Assembly (NCBI GenBank): GCA_002269645.1
Contig: NIVC01001331.1
Coordinates: 248,182-312,181 of the forward strand
Direction of reading: 5' to 3'
DNA from: Macrostomum lignano
Taxonomy: Eukaryota
DNA length: 64,000 nucleotides
Shown here: positions 26,036 through 39,302 of the stretch, in pieces
How positions within the stretch are numbered: the first letter of the stretch is position 1
Layout: each line of letters starts with the position of its first letter
Made by a program: the position numbers and the translations under genes
Notes under the pieces: generated by a model
Databases searched by the model: none
Told to the model about the DNA's origin: nothing
The model's input: only the letters and a program-made list of their open reading frames with translations

Positions 26036-26158
26036 ATATTGACGAGTGCTCACTGGGGTCAGACATCTGTTCCCGTGACGCTGTCTGCACCAACTTGGTC
26101 GGCTCCTACAGTTGCGCCTGTCGCGAAGGTTACTATGGCAACGGGATTCGGTGTACAA
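26036..26158 (+). CDS. Gene 2 exon C: calcium-binding EGF domain
   Basis: CACATAG|, reads (D)IDECSLGSDICSRDAVCTNLVGSYSCACREGYYGNGIRCT with DIDEC and C-x-N-x4-Y-x-C consensus, donor A|GTAAGC. Confidence 0.95.
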
Positions 26159-26269
26159 GTAAGCTGCAGAGAGCGCCATATCACAGGTTGAGCACACAGT
26201 GACAGAAATGGGTGCTCCTGTATGCTCAACTTGTGAGAGATCTGTTCTCAACCTTTAGTTCAAAATGTG

Positions 26270-26566
26270 TGTGCTCAAACTGTGACAGAAATATATACTC
26301 AACATGTGACAGAAATATGTGCTCAACCTGTGGCAGAAATATGTACTCAACATGTGACAGAAATATGTGCTCAACCTGTGACAGAAATATGTGCTCAACC
26401 TGTGACGGAAATATGTGCTCAACCTGTGACGGAAATATGTGCTCAACCTGTGACAGAAATATGTGCTCAACCTGTGACAGAAATATGTGCTCAACCTGTG
26501 ACAGAAATATGTGCTCAACCTGTGACAGAAATATGTGCTCAACCTGTGACAGAAATATGTACTCAA
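26270..26566 (+). repeat. 24-bp minisatellite TGTGCTCAACCTGTGACAGAAATA
   Basis: About 12 units, filling most of the C-D intron. Confidence 0.96.
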
Positions 26567-26606
26567 CCACTAGAAATTGACAGTATCCCCGCACCCTCAT
26601 TCGCAG

Positions 26607-26681
26607 AATGCCGTCAGTCGTGCCCACCTGGGCAGTACATGGCCTCGCAATGCACCCGAACAAGAGACGCCGTCTGCCAAG
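26607..26681 (+). CDS. Gene 2 exon D: TNFR-type cysteine-rich repeat 1
   Basis: CATTCGCAG|, reads (K)CRQSCPPGQYMASQCTRTRDAVCQ (CPxGxY...CT...D.VC), donor G|GTGAGC. Confidence 0.92.
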
Positions 26682-28128
26682 GTGAGCACAAGTTCACTGT
26701 TGTACCTGCCGTCTCCTCTGTCTTTCTTAGAAGTTAGAAGTACGCCTACACTTGAGCTGACTTTAGTGAAGAATTCTATCCGTTGAACGAAATTCCTGCA
26801 CACGAAAAGTCGTCAAAGAAATCGCTCGGCGAATCAACCCTTTTTATCTGATCAATCAGCTGACTTGTTTCTGATTAAGAAACCGCCCTGAATATTCTTG
26901 ACCAAATTCATCATTACCATGCAGCCGCAGCATTGACACACCTTTGTGAAGGCAATCAAAGACAAGGGACAGATATAGGAGAAGGAATGCTGGAAAAATG
27001 AAAAGAAAGATGAATAGAACTAAAAGTCCAACTAGCCAAGATGCGAGCCCTTGTCTGATTACCACTCCTTCCTTGTCACGCACCTCTGCTTCTAGTTCGG
27101 CTGCTTCAGCCACTGGCAAGAGCAGGGCAGGGTGCTCAATCTGCCAAGCTGTTGCCCCAAAAGGTGCAGCAGACAAGCAAAGCTTTTATTCGCATTGCTC
27201 TCGTCTTGACTTTGTTGCAACTTTCAAATTTTTGTTTTTTTCAGGCAAAAATTCTAGCAGTAAGTGAATTATTTTCTATGAATTTTTGTCGTTTCTAGAC
27301 AGCTTCTTTCCTATATTTTTACCTTAGACTTTTTATGTTGCTTTCGTATACCCAAGCATTAAAGACAATTATTAATATTTTGTGGCAGCGCTGGAAAAGC
27401 ATGAAAAAATTCTCTTAAATAATCTGTCCCCCGCACTGCCACTCACCAAGCAGAGCCGTCTCCGTCTACTTGGGTGTTGTTTAGCAAAACAGTGTATAGA
27501 TTCCCGCCATTCCCTCCCGTATTTCCCATTCTCCGCTCTCCAATGCCGGGCCGCATCCGCCATGGAGGCTGTCACTCACCTGCGTATTGTTGACCCACGC
27601 CGCATCATAATGCGCAGCTTTGCCGCCTTTGCCACTGCACTGCATCGCATCGCATTCATCATTCAGCAAGTCCCGATCCGCATATTGGGCGAGCAGAATT
27701 CATTTCCCCAGAGACTCGACCAGCTTTCTCCCTCTCCAGCTGTCTTCATCTCCGTTACCTTCGTGTCGTCTCGTATTTAGGCAAAATTGGTTCCGCATCT
27801 GTTGCTGAAGCTGCTGCTGGCGCTGGAAGGCTGCAAACTGTAATAATCCAGCTAAATTCTTTAACCCTCTCTGGCTGTTTAATGTTTCACACGCTTTCAC
27901 ATTCTTAGACAGATTTTTTTCTCAAGTTCATAATCGCCAATTACCATGTTCAGGATCAGCGATCAGTGGTGACATTGCGGGCGTTTACTAAAATAAATCG
28001 ATACATTTTTAACAGTAGAACTATCAGAAAGTTCTATCTAACTACGATCAAATAGAATTCGAATTCGCGCCAACGAGAGACATTACATATTAAGCAACAC
28101 ATTCAAAATACGTACGAAGGCAAACACT

Positions 28129-28788
28129 GGGTGTGTACAGCTGTTCAGGGTGTGTACAGCTGTTCAGGGTGTGTACAGCTGTTCAGGGTGTGTACAGCTG
28201 TTCAGGGTGTGTACAGCTGTTCAGGGTGTGTACAGCTGTTCAGGGTGTGTACAGCTGTTCAGGGTGTGTACAGCTGTTCAGGGTGTGTACAGCTGTTCAG
28301 GGTGTGTACAGCTGTTCAGGGTGTGTACAGCTGTTCAGGGTGTGTACAGCTGTTCAGGGTGTGTACAGCTGTTCAGGGTGTGTACAGCTGTTCAGGGTGT
28401 GTACAGCTGTTCAGGGTGTGTACAGCTGTTCAGGGTGTGTACAGCTGTTCAGGGTGTGTACAGCTGTTCAGGGTGTGTACAGCTGTTCAGGGTGTGTACA
28501 GCTATTCAGGGTGTGTACAGCTGTTCAGGGTGTGTACAGCTGTTCAGGGTGTGTACAGCTGTTCAGGGTGTGTACAGCTGTTCAGGGTGTGTACAGCTGT
28601 TCAGGGTGTGTACAGCTGTTCAGGGTGTGTACAGCTGTTCAGGGTGTGTACAGCTGTTCAGGGTGTGTACAGCTGTTCAGGGTGTGTACAGCTGTTCAGG
28701 GTGTGTACAGCTGTTCAGGGTGTGTACAGCTGTTCAGGGTGTGTACAGCTATTCAGGGTGTGTACAGCTGTTCAGGGTGTGTACAGCG
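28129..28788 (+). repeat. 19-bp minisatellite GGGTGTGTACAGCTGTTCA
   Basis: About 34 nearly identical units. Confidence 0.98.
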
Positions 28789-28849
28789 GCCCAGACTTTC
28801 TCATTGTCAGGCATGTAAATTTTGCTCCAGGGCGCCAAAATATTGCGCC

Positions 28850-29207
28850 TTCGGCGCCAAAATGAGTGCCTGAATGCGGCGCCAAAATGCCTGAATGCGG
28901 CGCCAAAATGAGTGCCTGAATGCGGCGCCAAAATGAGTGCTTGAATGCCGCGCAAAAATGAGTGCCTGAATGCGGCGCCAAAATGAGTGCCTGAATGCGG
29001 CGCCAAAATGAGTGCCTGAATGCGGCGCCAAAATGAGTGCCTGAATGCGGCGCCAAAATGAGTGCTTCAAGCGTCAAAAAAGTGCCTGAAGCGCCAAAAA
29101 AGTGCCTGAAGCGCCAGAAAAGTGCATGAAGCGCCAAAAAGGTGCCTGAAGCGCCAGAAAAGTGCATGAAGCGCCAAAAAGGTGCCTGAAGCGCCAAAAT
29201 GAGTGCC
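28850..29207 (+). repeat. 25-bp GCGCCAAAATGAGTGCCTGAATGCG array grading into 20-bp GAAGCGCCAAAAAAGTGCCT
   Basis: Visible directly. Confidence 0.93.
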
Positions 29208-30351
29208 TGTGGCTCAATCTCTAGCGCATATTTTCAATCAAAGATAGCTACCAGGCAACTGCTTACAACAGCGGTCGGCGAACTCCGGCCCGCGAAGCTT
29301 CTCGGGTCCGGCCATCGGGTCCTTTGAAACTTCGCAATAGCAATCCGGCCTGCTCATGGTTTGTGTCTTCTCAGCTCTCTTGTCTCTTCTCTCGCCTCTC
29401 CCCTCTTTTTCACTCTTATCTCCTCTCTCTAATCTTATCCTATTATGGCCCGCAGCCATGAGCTGAATTCTCCATCTGGCCCTTGAGCTAAAAAACAGTT
29501 TGCCAACCTCTGGCTTACAAGAACTACCGATGGATATACATTGCGGATATCGAGTTACTAGACCTGCTTACTCATGAGATTCACCAGTGCTCAACCAGTC
29601 TGATAAGTTCTAAGAAATTGAACCTTGGTTAAAATGCGCTAAAATAATCTATTTAAATAGTTCGCTATGAACTTTTATGCGCTCGAGTCCCTATAGCCAA
29701 GGCCACTCATTCTAGCAAGCAGCCCCCACTCAGCTAGTTAAGTGCAGCGATGCTTGAAATATCCCCCCCCCGGCTTCGCTTCCCCTTATAGCCGTTTTCT
29801 TATCCACACTTTGGGAAAAGATTTCCCGTTGGCACGCGTACCCGCAGCTGCGTGTTCCACCTGGCCCTTTGTGCAGCGTTTACATCGCTAGTTCTACAAG
29901 CAGTATAGTACCAAATGTGTTTATGTTGCATGGCATTATTTTATTGTACTATCGAACATATTTTAAACAATCTCTTTTTATTGGCGTTTGCGTATTTTAA
30001 GTTTGAGAATGAGTCATAGCTCGTGTTCCTCCTGAGTAGCTTGAGTAGCTGAACCAATGCTACTATTGGTATAATAGTTCAGATATGAGCTGACAACTAT
30101 ATTGTAATAAATCAGATCTCATGCTCAAAGGCATATATGTCAGATCGTATCGGGATTGACTCTAAATGAGCAGGTTAGCGCTTACTTCACCCATTGAGCT
30201 GGCTATAATCCCTACTCAAGTGTTAAGCTCTTTGACGCTTGCATATGACGTAAGTCACTGAATATTATATCGAAATCTGACTCTCTCAATAAGCATATGC
30301 TAACCACTTCTTGATCTCGTATATCTGCGGAGTGATTTTGCCTGCGCATTG

Positions 30352-31067
30352 ATTGTCTTTTGTGTGATTTGATTTTTGAGTGATTGTCTGTGGAGTGATT
30401 GTCTTTTGTGTGATTTGACTTTTGAGTGATTGTCTGTGGAGTGATTGTCTTTTGTGTGATTTGACTTTTGAGTGATTGTCTGTGGAGTGATTGTCTTTTG
30501 TGTGATTTGACTTTTGAGTGATTGTCTGTGGAGTGATTGTCTTTTGTGTGATTTGACTTTTGAGTGATTGTCTGTGGAGTGATTGTCTTTTGTGTGATTT
30601 GACTTTTGAGTGATTGTCTGTGGAGTGATTGTCTTTTGTGTGATTTGACTTTTGAGTGATTGTCTGTGGAGTGATTGTCTTTTGTGTGATTTGACTTTTG
30701 AGTGATTGTCTGTGGAGTGATTGTCTTTTGTGTGATTTGACTTTTGAGTGATTGTCTGTGGAGTGATTGTCTTTTGTGTGATTTGACTTTTGAGTGATTG
30801 TCTGTGGAGTGATTGTCTTTTGTGTGATTTGACTTTTGAGTGATTGTCTGTGGAGTGATTGTCTTGTGTGATTGACTTTTGAGTGATTGTCTGTGGAGTG
30901 ATTATCTTTTGTGTGATTGACTTTTGAGTGATTGTCTGTGGAGTGATTGTCCATTTACTATGGAGTGATTGCCTGCGGAGTGATTGTCTGCGGAGTGATT
31001 GTCTGCGGAGTGATTGTCTGCGGATTGATTGTCTGCAGAGTGATTGTCTGCGGAGTGATTGTCTGCG
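30352..31067 (+). repeat. 46-bp minisatellite (GAGTGATTGTC subunits) followed by a 15-bp GGAGTGATTGTCTGC array
   Basis: About 13 x 46 bp, then about 7 x 15 bp sharing the subunit. Confidence 0.96.
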
Positions 31068-31916
31068 TCTGTCATTTGCAACTGTGTGTCATTCAGTCAA
31101 TAGAAATAACTCAAGCCCTGGGACCCTGGGCCGGGCCTGAAAACCAGCCCAGTTCCACCATATTCCATTGGCGGACTACTCAGCCAATCAGAGACGCCTC
31201 CAGACTATTTTTATACAATCCCAATCTCCCGTCTTGTCTCCTTCATCCCCCTCGCCCAGACTCCCAAAAAGTTATCTGGACACGATACAGTTTCAATTGT
31301 TGTCAGCCAGGCGTGTCAGAAAGCAAAAAAGAAAATTGAAAGAAACAGAGAGAAAGAGAGAGAGAGAAAAGGGGAAGCAACACATTCTCTGGCTCCCACC
31401 CAGCCAACCCCAGATCTGTTTCAATTGATTCGTCATTGATCCCCCACCCCGGACAGCCCCCGCTCTCTCCTCTCCTCCCGCTGGCCTCGGCAGTCCGCAG
31501 CAGGAGTTCGCCTGAACAATAGCTCCATAGATTGAGCCAAAGCTGACAAAATGGAAGCCCAGCTCCATTCTGTACTGAGTCCATCTGGTGTCTAGCTCAG
31601 TCCAACCCCCGCCCCCCTCCAGAGGCAACCCTCCAGTGTGTAGGATAGGGGAGTTTAGCTCGCTGGGTAGCCGTCTAAAACTGTACAGCTAGCCGCGAGC
31701 CGCTGCATGGCATGGCCCATGCTTTCTAATTCACTAGCGCTGGCGCTCGGTAGCAGCACAACCAAACAGCTCTTTCATCAGCAACAGCAGCTGCCAGCAC
31801 CATGCCAGTGTCAAACGAGTTGCTGCTGCTGCTGCTGCTGTCGCTAACCATAACAGTTAGCAACTGGTCAGCAGGTGCGGTAGCTACATCGAATCCCCAC
31901 CTGTTCTCGTCCGCAG

Positions 31917-31988
31917 CCTGCAACCACTGCCCGCCCGGCTACTTTGAGGCTCGCCAGTGCCTGCGCCGGGTCAACAGGAAATGCCTAC
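31917..31988 (+). CDS. Gene 2 exon E: TNFR-type cysteine-rich repeat 2
   Basis: TTCTCGTCCGCAG|, reads (A)CNHCPPGYFEARQCLRRVNRKCL, donor C|GTAAGT, phase 1-1. Confidence 0.92.
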
Positions 31989-32021
31989 GTAAGTTTACCA
32001 TGATATTGCTACTTTTAGTGT

Positions 32022-33095
32022 TGTCTACGGCATACCGATATGTGTGTCTCATTGTGCAGTCTACTGCATACCGATATGTGTGTCTCATTGTGCAGTCTAC
32101 TGCATACCGATATGTGTGTCTCATTGTGCAGTCTACTGCATACCGATATGTGTGTCTCATTGTGCAGTCTACTGCATACCGATATGTGTGTCTCATTGTG
32201 CAGTCTACTGCATACCGATATGTGTGTCTCATTGTGCAGTCTATGGCATACCGATATGCGTGTCTCATTGTGCAGTCTACTGCATACCGATATGTGTGTC
32301 TCATTGTGCAGTCTACTGCATACCGATATGTGTGTCTCATTGTGCAGTCTACTGCATACCGATATGTGTGTCTCATTGTGCAGTCTACTGCATACCGATA
32401 TGTGTGTCTCATTGTGCAGTCTACTGCATACCGATATGTGTGTCTCATTGTGCAGTCTACTGCATACCGATATGTGTGTCTCATTGTGCAGTCTACTGCA
32501 TACCGATATGTGTGTCTCATTGTGCAGTCTATGGCATACCGATATGCGTGTCTCATTGTGCAGTCTACTGCATACCGATATGCGTGTCTCATTGTGCAGT
32601 CTATGGCATGCCGATATGCGTGTCTCATTGTGCAGTCTATGGCATATCGATATGCGTGTCTCATTGTGCAGTCTATGGCATACCGATATGTGTGTCTCAT
32701 TGTGCAGTCTACTGCATACCGATATGTGTGTCTCATTGTGCAGTCTACTGCATACCGATATGTGTGTCTCATTGTGCAGTCTATGGCATACCGATATGCG
32801 TGTCTCATTGTGCAGTCTATGGCATACCGATATGCGTGTCTCATTGTGCAGTCTATGGCATACCGATATGCGTGTCTCATTGTGCAGTCTATGGCATACC
32901 GATATGTGTGTCTCATTGCGCAGTCTACTGCATACCGATATGCGTGTCTCATTGTGCAGTCTATGACATACCGATATGTGTGTCTCATTGTGCAGTCTAT
33001 GGCATACCGATATGTGTGTCTCATTGTGCAGTCTATGACATACCGATATGTGTGTCTCATTGTGCAGTCTATGGCATACCGATATGTGTGTCTCG
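32022..33095 (+). repeat. 36-bp minisatellite CAGTCTA(CT/TG)GCATACCGATATG(T/C)GTGTCTCATTGTG
   Basis: About 30 units with interspersed variants. Confidence 0.98.
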
Positions 33096-33774
33096 ATTTG
33101 AAAGTGCACAGTGATTTATGATCGTCCAGTATAGTTTTCTCACTCGCCAGATTTTGAAAGAAAATTTTACAGTCTTTGCTGTGCCAGGTCTTCCCTTGCA
33201 TTTGTCAAGTCTGCTTTTTTCTTCCTGGGCGACTAGGATTCTCATAGCTAGGCAAACACAGTGCCAGAAACCTTATAGCTGACTGAGCATTGTGACAGAT
33301 TGTGAGTATCCTATTCTGCCATTCACAAATTTTCCAAAAACTTCTGCTCACAGAGTTGGAAATTTGGTGTCCGCAAGTCCAGATCACGATCGGGAAGAGG
33401 AAGAGTGAGGGGTTGTTGGGTGCTCGGTGGAGGAAAGATGAGACGCCGAGGTAAAAAAAACTATATCCCAACTCTCTAAGCGCCGAGGGGATTCGCAAGC
33501 TTTCTTGGGGATTCTGCTCAGTGTGTATAGTAAAAAACAGGTTAAATATTCAGCTACTTGATTACGCAATAAGTCTGCAGTATCAGCAGCTCGGTGACTA
33601 GCAGATGAAGGGCTTTAGCAGCAGCACGAAATGGATCAGATGCGTGCTTGACAGAAAAGGGAAGATAGTTGGGGGAGACGGGGCAACAGCGGGTTAAGCT
33701 TGGGCAAAGTGGACGGATTATAGGGTGCTTAGCCTGTTCAAACCATATTCTGAATAAAGAAGATATGTTTCAGA

Positions 33775-34030
33775 CTTTTGCTGTTCTTTGCCATAGACAG
33801 TATGTCTGGTTTTCCGCTCTTTGCCATAGACAGCATGTCTGGTTTTCCGCTCTTTGCCATAGACAGCATGTCTGGTTTTCCGTTCCTTGTCATAGACAGC
33901 CTGTCTGGTTTTCCGTTCTTTGCCATAGACAGTATGTCTGGTTTTCCGTTCTTTGCCATAGACAGCATGTCTTGCTTCACTTTTCTTTGCCATAGACAGC
34001 ATGACATACTTTAGCTTCTTTGCAATAGAC
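33775..34030 (+). repeat. 33-bp minisatellite TTCTTTGCCATAGACAGCATGTCTGGTTTTCCG
   Basis: About 7 units. Confidence 0.94.
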
Positions 34031-34486
34031 AAACATGCCCTACCTAGCATTATTATTGAACAATGTACAGTCCAGGCCATGTACAAATATGTAGTTGCAC
34101 GGATAAATGAGCATTCATCTCTGATCAGTTTATTACGGGTGCGGGCAGTAGTGGAAGCTCCTCCCATGAAGCAGAAAAAAGAAATACGCAGCAGAGGGCA
34201 CTGCAAGCAGCCATAAAAGTGTCAGGCTGAGCCAATGTGGAGAGGATCGCTGTTTGTGAATGAGGATTTTTTTTATCGGGCGGCTTCGGCTTTTCTGTGC
34301 GACTCTTGGTGAGGCTGGAGGAGAGTAAGGACGCTGTGGACCAAGCAGCGTTTTGGCTTTTAACTATGCAGTTTGAATTCATTTTTCTTTGGTCTGAGTT
34401 TAATACCGCATCAAGCCCAAGGGAACAGGTCAGGTGTACCACCTATTCATATGCACCGTCTTCTCCACGTCGAACCCGACTAACCC

Positions 34487-35897
34487 GATCCGCTCTCTCC
34501 CTATCCGCTCTCTCCCTATCCGCTCTCTCCCTATCCGCTCTCTCCCTATCCGCTCTCTCCCTATCCGCTCTCTCCCTATCCGCTCTCTCCCTATCCGCTC
34601 TCTCCCTATCCGCTCTCTCCCTATCCGCTCTCTCCCTATCCGCTCTCTCCCTATCCGCTCTCTCCCTATCCGCTCTCTCCTATCCGCTCTCTCCCTATCC
34701 GCTCTCTCCCTATCCGCTCTCTCCCTATCCGCTCTCTCCCTATCCGCTCTCTCCCTATCCGCTCTCTCCCTATCCGCTCTCTCCCTATCCGCTCTCTCCC
34801 TATCCGCTCTCTCCTATCCGCTCTCTCCCTATCCGCTCTCTCCCTATCCGCTCTCTCCACTCTCTACCTATCCGCTCTCTCCCTATCCGCTCTCTCCCTA
34901 TCCGCTCTCTCCACTCTCTACCTATCCGCTCTCTCCCTATCCGCTCTCTCCCTATCCGCTCTCTCCCTATCCGCTCTCTCCCTATCCGCTCTCTCCCTAT
35001 CCGCTCTCTCCCTATCCGCTCTCTCCCTATCCGCTCTCTCCCTATCCGCTCTCTCCCTATCCGCTCTCTCCCTATCCGCTCTCTCCCTATCCGCTCTCTC
35101 CCTATCCGCTCTCTCCCTATCCGCTCTCTCCCTATCCGCTCTCTCCCTATCCGCTCTCTCCCTATCCGCTCTCTCCCTATCCGCTCTCTCCCTATCCGCT
35201 CTCTCCCTATCCGCTCTCTCCCTATCCGCTCTCTCCCTATCCGCTCTCTCCCTATCCGCTCTCTCCCTATCCGCTCTCTCCCTATCCGCTCTCTCCCTAT
35301 CCGCTCTCTCCCTATCCGCTCTCTCCCTATCCGCTCTCTCCCTATCCGCTCTCTCCCTATCCGCTCTCTCCCTATCCGCTCTCTCCCTATCCGCTCTCTC
35401 CCTATCCGCTCTCTCCCTATCCGCTCTCTCCACTCTCTACCTATCCGCTCTCTACCTATCCGCTCTCTCCCTATCCGCTTTCTCAACTCTCTCCCTATCC
35501 GCTCTCTCCCTATCCGCTCTCTCCCTATCCGCTCTCTACCTATCCGCTCTCTCCCTATCCGCTCTCTCCCTATCCGCTTTCTCAACTCTCTACCTATCCG
35601 CTCTCTCCCTATCCGCTCTCTCCCTATCCGCTCTCTCCACTCTCTACCTATCCGCTCTCTACCTATCCGCTCTCTCCCTATCCGCTTTCTCAACTCTCTC
35701 CCTATCCGCTCTCTCCCTATCCGCTCTCTCCCTATCCGCTCTCTACCTATCCGCTCTCTCCCTATCCGCTCTCTCCCTATCCACTCTCTCCCTATCCGCT
35801 CTCTCCCTATCCGCTCTCTCCCTATCCGCTCTCTCCCTATCCGCTCTCTCCCTATCCGCTCTCTCCCTATCCGCTCTCTCCCTATCCGCTCTCTCCT
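34487..35897 (+). repeat. 15-bp minisatellite CTATCCGCTCTCTCC
   Basis: About 90 units, 1.4 kb. Confidence 0.98.
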
Positions 35898-37064
35898 TAT
35901 CCACCGATTTCCCATCCGCTGTCCCCTCACTCACGGTCTCCTCTTGCGCTCCCAACCCACCCGCCATCTACCAGCATACCGACCGTCAGTCACGCAGCCG
36001 CCCTGCCAGCCCCATACATCGCCTCCCTGCCGATTCGGGTCGCTGGATCAAATCCTTTGCCGCCAAACCCAAGAGAGTGGGGGGGGGAATTTTATCCCCA
36101 GGGGTGGAAGGTTGGCTCTCGGCTGCTGCGAATGGGATATGACTATCAATAATTAACAATGGATGATTAGGCATCTCCCCAACAAGAAAAAGCCAATCCG
36201 GCATTCATAATGCAACAAATAGCGGCACGGGATAGTTGTAATTATTTTCCCCCTTCACCCCCCCCCATCCAAAAGGCCCGCCTGCGGGATCGCTGGGCAG
36301 GGGTGGCGCTGCGCCGGCACAAAATAAGTCGCTAAGCCAATTATCTTTCGTGATTAATAGCGTCGCAGAGTAAGTCTAGCTGCCGTAGCGCTGGGGCTGG
36401 CCGGCGCCCACAGGCCGTCTCTTGGCCACCGCCGCCGTGTTTATTCTTTGGCTTCCAACCTTCGGCATCAATGATGGAGAATGAATTGGGAGCCTGTTTC
36501 TCTCTCTTGTATAATAGCGCCATCCCCTGCCTGACCGTCTCTCGTCCTATAGCCGCGGCCATCCCCATCCAGCAAAGTAATTTTCTCCTAGCAGCAGCAG
36601 AAGCAGCGTCTTCAAAAGGGAAGAAATAAAGGCAAGGCATTTTAGATTATAATAGGCCGCATTAATTCATCATTTTCCATGCCGCGCCGGCTTCTGTTGC
36701 TAGCCAACCAGGACCTGCTACAGGGCCAATGCTTTTTCTGAGGCTTTTCAAGGTGATTTTACATTAATTAGCAATTATAAGGCAATGCGAAGGGCTTAGA
36801 GGAATAATAGCACTAAACTTCTTTGCTTCTGGTTTGGCATCAGAGTCTCAATTACATGGGGATTGGGACAGGCTTAAATTGATTGTTAAAAGTTTTTTAA
36901 AAGGCGACGAGGCACTTCTAAGACACCTCTAATCGTTATGATTAATATAATTAGTTATTAATTGACCTGATTGTCCGTAGCACACGTTAATTACGTAGTT
37001 TAAACTGTCTTAGTAATATACTGTGTCTTTTATTGCAATCTGCCTTCAGTGACCAGCAACACCT

Positions 37065-37362
37065 ACAATCTACAATCTGCTCTTACCACGAGACACATCT
37101 ACCTTCTAAAATCTGCCACCAGACACATCTACCTCTTACAATCTGCCACCAGACACATCTACCTTCTACAATCTGCCACCAGACACATCTACCTCTTACA
37201 ATCTGCCACCAGACACATCTACCTCTTACAATCTGCCACCAGACACATCTACCTCTTACAATCTGCCACCAGACACATCTACCTCTTACAATCTGCCACC
37301 AGACACATCTACCATCTACAATCTGTCACCAGACACATCTACCTTCTACAATCTGCTGCTAC
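37065..37362 (+). repeat. 30-bp minisatellite CAATCTGCCACCAGACACATCTACCTCTTA
   Basis: About 9 units. Confidence 0.95.
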
Positions 37363-39302
37363 CAGAAATTACCCTAATCTAGATGCATTTTCCTGATCCA
37401 TTCCTAAGCCACACAATAAGCAGATGACCTTGTACACAAAGCTACTCCCACCTCTAAATACACTAAGGACAACACAAACTACAATAGCGGAGATGCAGAT
37501 TGGCGTGACCAGAACTCCTTTTTCAGCACTGGCTGACACGCGGTTCACTAATGAACGATATAGTGAGCATATATATCACGGATAGAATAAGAAGCATAGA
37601 AAGCTTTAAGGCTTAAAGCTTATGGAAGAATATCCAGTTTTTTTTTTACTAAAAAAGAGGGGCCTCTCTCTCTCTGTGATGCACGTTCCATGCGATGCGG
37701 TAAAGGTTTGGTCAGACCAGGGTCGAGAAAATGAGAAGGAAGTGGCGGGAGAGAGAGAGATGAGACGAAGACGCGGACTGATAGCTTTAACTATAGCCAC
37801 TGGCAAAGACATGCGGATATGCAGCAAGAGATGAGGGACCACCGTCACACGCACAATAGCCTCCAAACACAGCCTGGGCATCCCAGACTGACTGTTACAG
37901 TTGAGCAGGGCCATACCAAGGGGTCAATCTCTCTCTCATCCCTCCCTTCCCCAGCTCCAGTAGCGGTGATTTGAGCTGCTGCCAGCCGCTAGCGTCATCC
38001 GATGGCCCCAGGGCTGCCCCACCTCTCTTTAGCCTCATCATTGCCTCCTTCACTTCGGCCAGCACTTCTCCCTGTCTGTGTCCGACTGCCGACAGTTTCC
38101 GAGACCGGCAGATTTAGCTGAGGCGGATGGTAGCGGGGCTGGCAGTTAACAGTTAGGGCAGGTTAGGAGAGAGATAAATGTAATTTATTTGGGAGTACAG
38201 AGTGCGATTGGGATGAAAATTGGGTAGGCAACGGACATGAAAAGTACAAAAAGTACCCTGTTTGCTATTTTCAGACGCCGCTCGGCCTCTGAAGCAGGTT
38301 GACAATCGGCTGAGAGACGAAGACTTCATTCCGGTACCGACATCAGGTGAGAGAATAATTCCTATAACTGTCGCCTTAACCTGCGAGTGATACCGTTCTT
38401 CATTCAAAAGCTACGAGTATTTGCGTGTGGTTTCTGGGATCTGTCAATATTTAGCCGCTTAAGCTTCAACAAGCTCTAATCACTTGAGCTCCAATCTCAA
38501 TGAGGATCTATCAAGCTCTAGTCGCTCCAAGAGTGATCTACTCAAGCTCAAGTCACATGAGCTTCAAACTCCAAGCGGTATCTATGAAGCGCGAGTCACC
38601 TGAGCTCCTCAACTAAACATTTTCACCATCTGAACTTCCCAATCGAATGCAAAACCAAACTTAGCTTGGTCTGTGGTTAATGTCGAACTACTGGAATTAA
38701 TGCCTTCAAGCGAGAATATATCCCAAAAGTCAATAGAGAAGCCGGCGGCCTTTTTAAAATAGTTATCCTCCAACTTCTAACTGAACCACTCGACACTCGG
38801 AAATCTCCAGATTCTCAGATTCTCTCCCAGGCTCCATCATCCATTCTTCCGCTTCTCAAGCCTAAGCAGACTTCCATGCCGCTTACCTGACTTTCTGGCA
38901 AAGCTTTGATTGACGACCGGCTGCTGCGTCTGTGGCCTTGGAGCGACCGTTACGTCATAAATGCTTTTGGCATTCATTCTATGAGCTGGACTACGCTGGG
39001 CTTTGATCCCCTTAGCACGGAAGATCCTCGTTCAAGCCAAATAGCTATATATAAAAGAGAAACATTATTTTTTTTTAAACTTCTTAGTTACGCTCCGATT
39101 CGCTCCAGCATCACGCTTCATCGGTAGGACTCGCACGAAAGCGACCGCTGCTCATAGAAAAAGTTACTTACTAGACTTTTCTCCCTAATGAAGGCGATTG
39201 ATTATTAATGGGAACGGCAACGGTCGTTTTAATAGTTTAATGTAACCATTTCAAACAATAAATTATTAAATAACCTAACCAAAACGGTTATTTTTGGGTT
39301 CA

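Noticed and set aside
26212-26737. Cys-rich (CSTCDRNM)n ORF, and ORF 26267-26737 running in frame into exon D
   Set aside because: Derived from the 24-bp array. Exon D has its own good acceptor at 26606 in phase with exon C.
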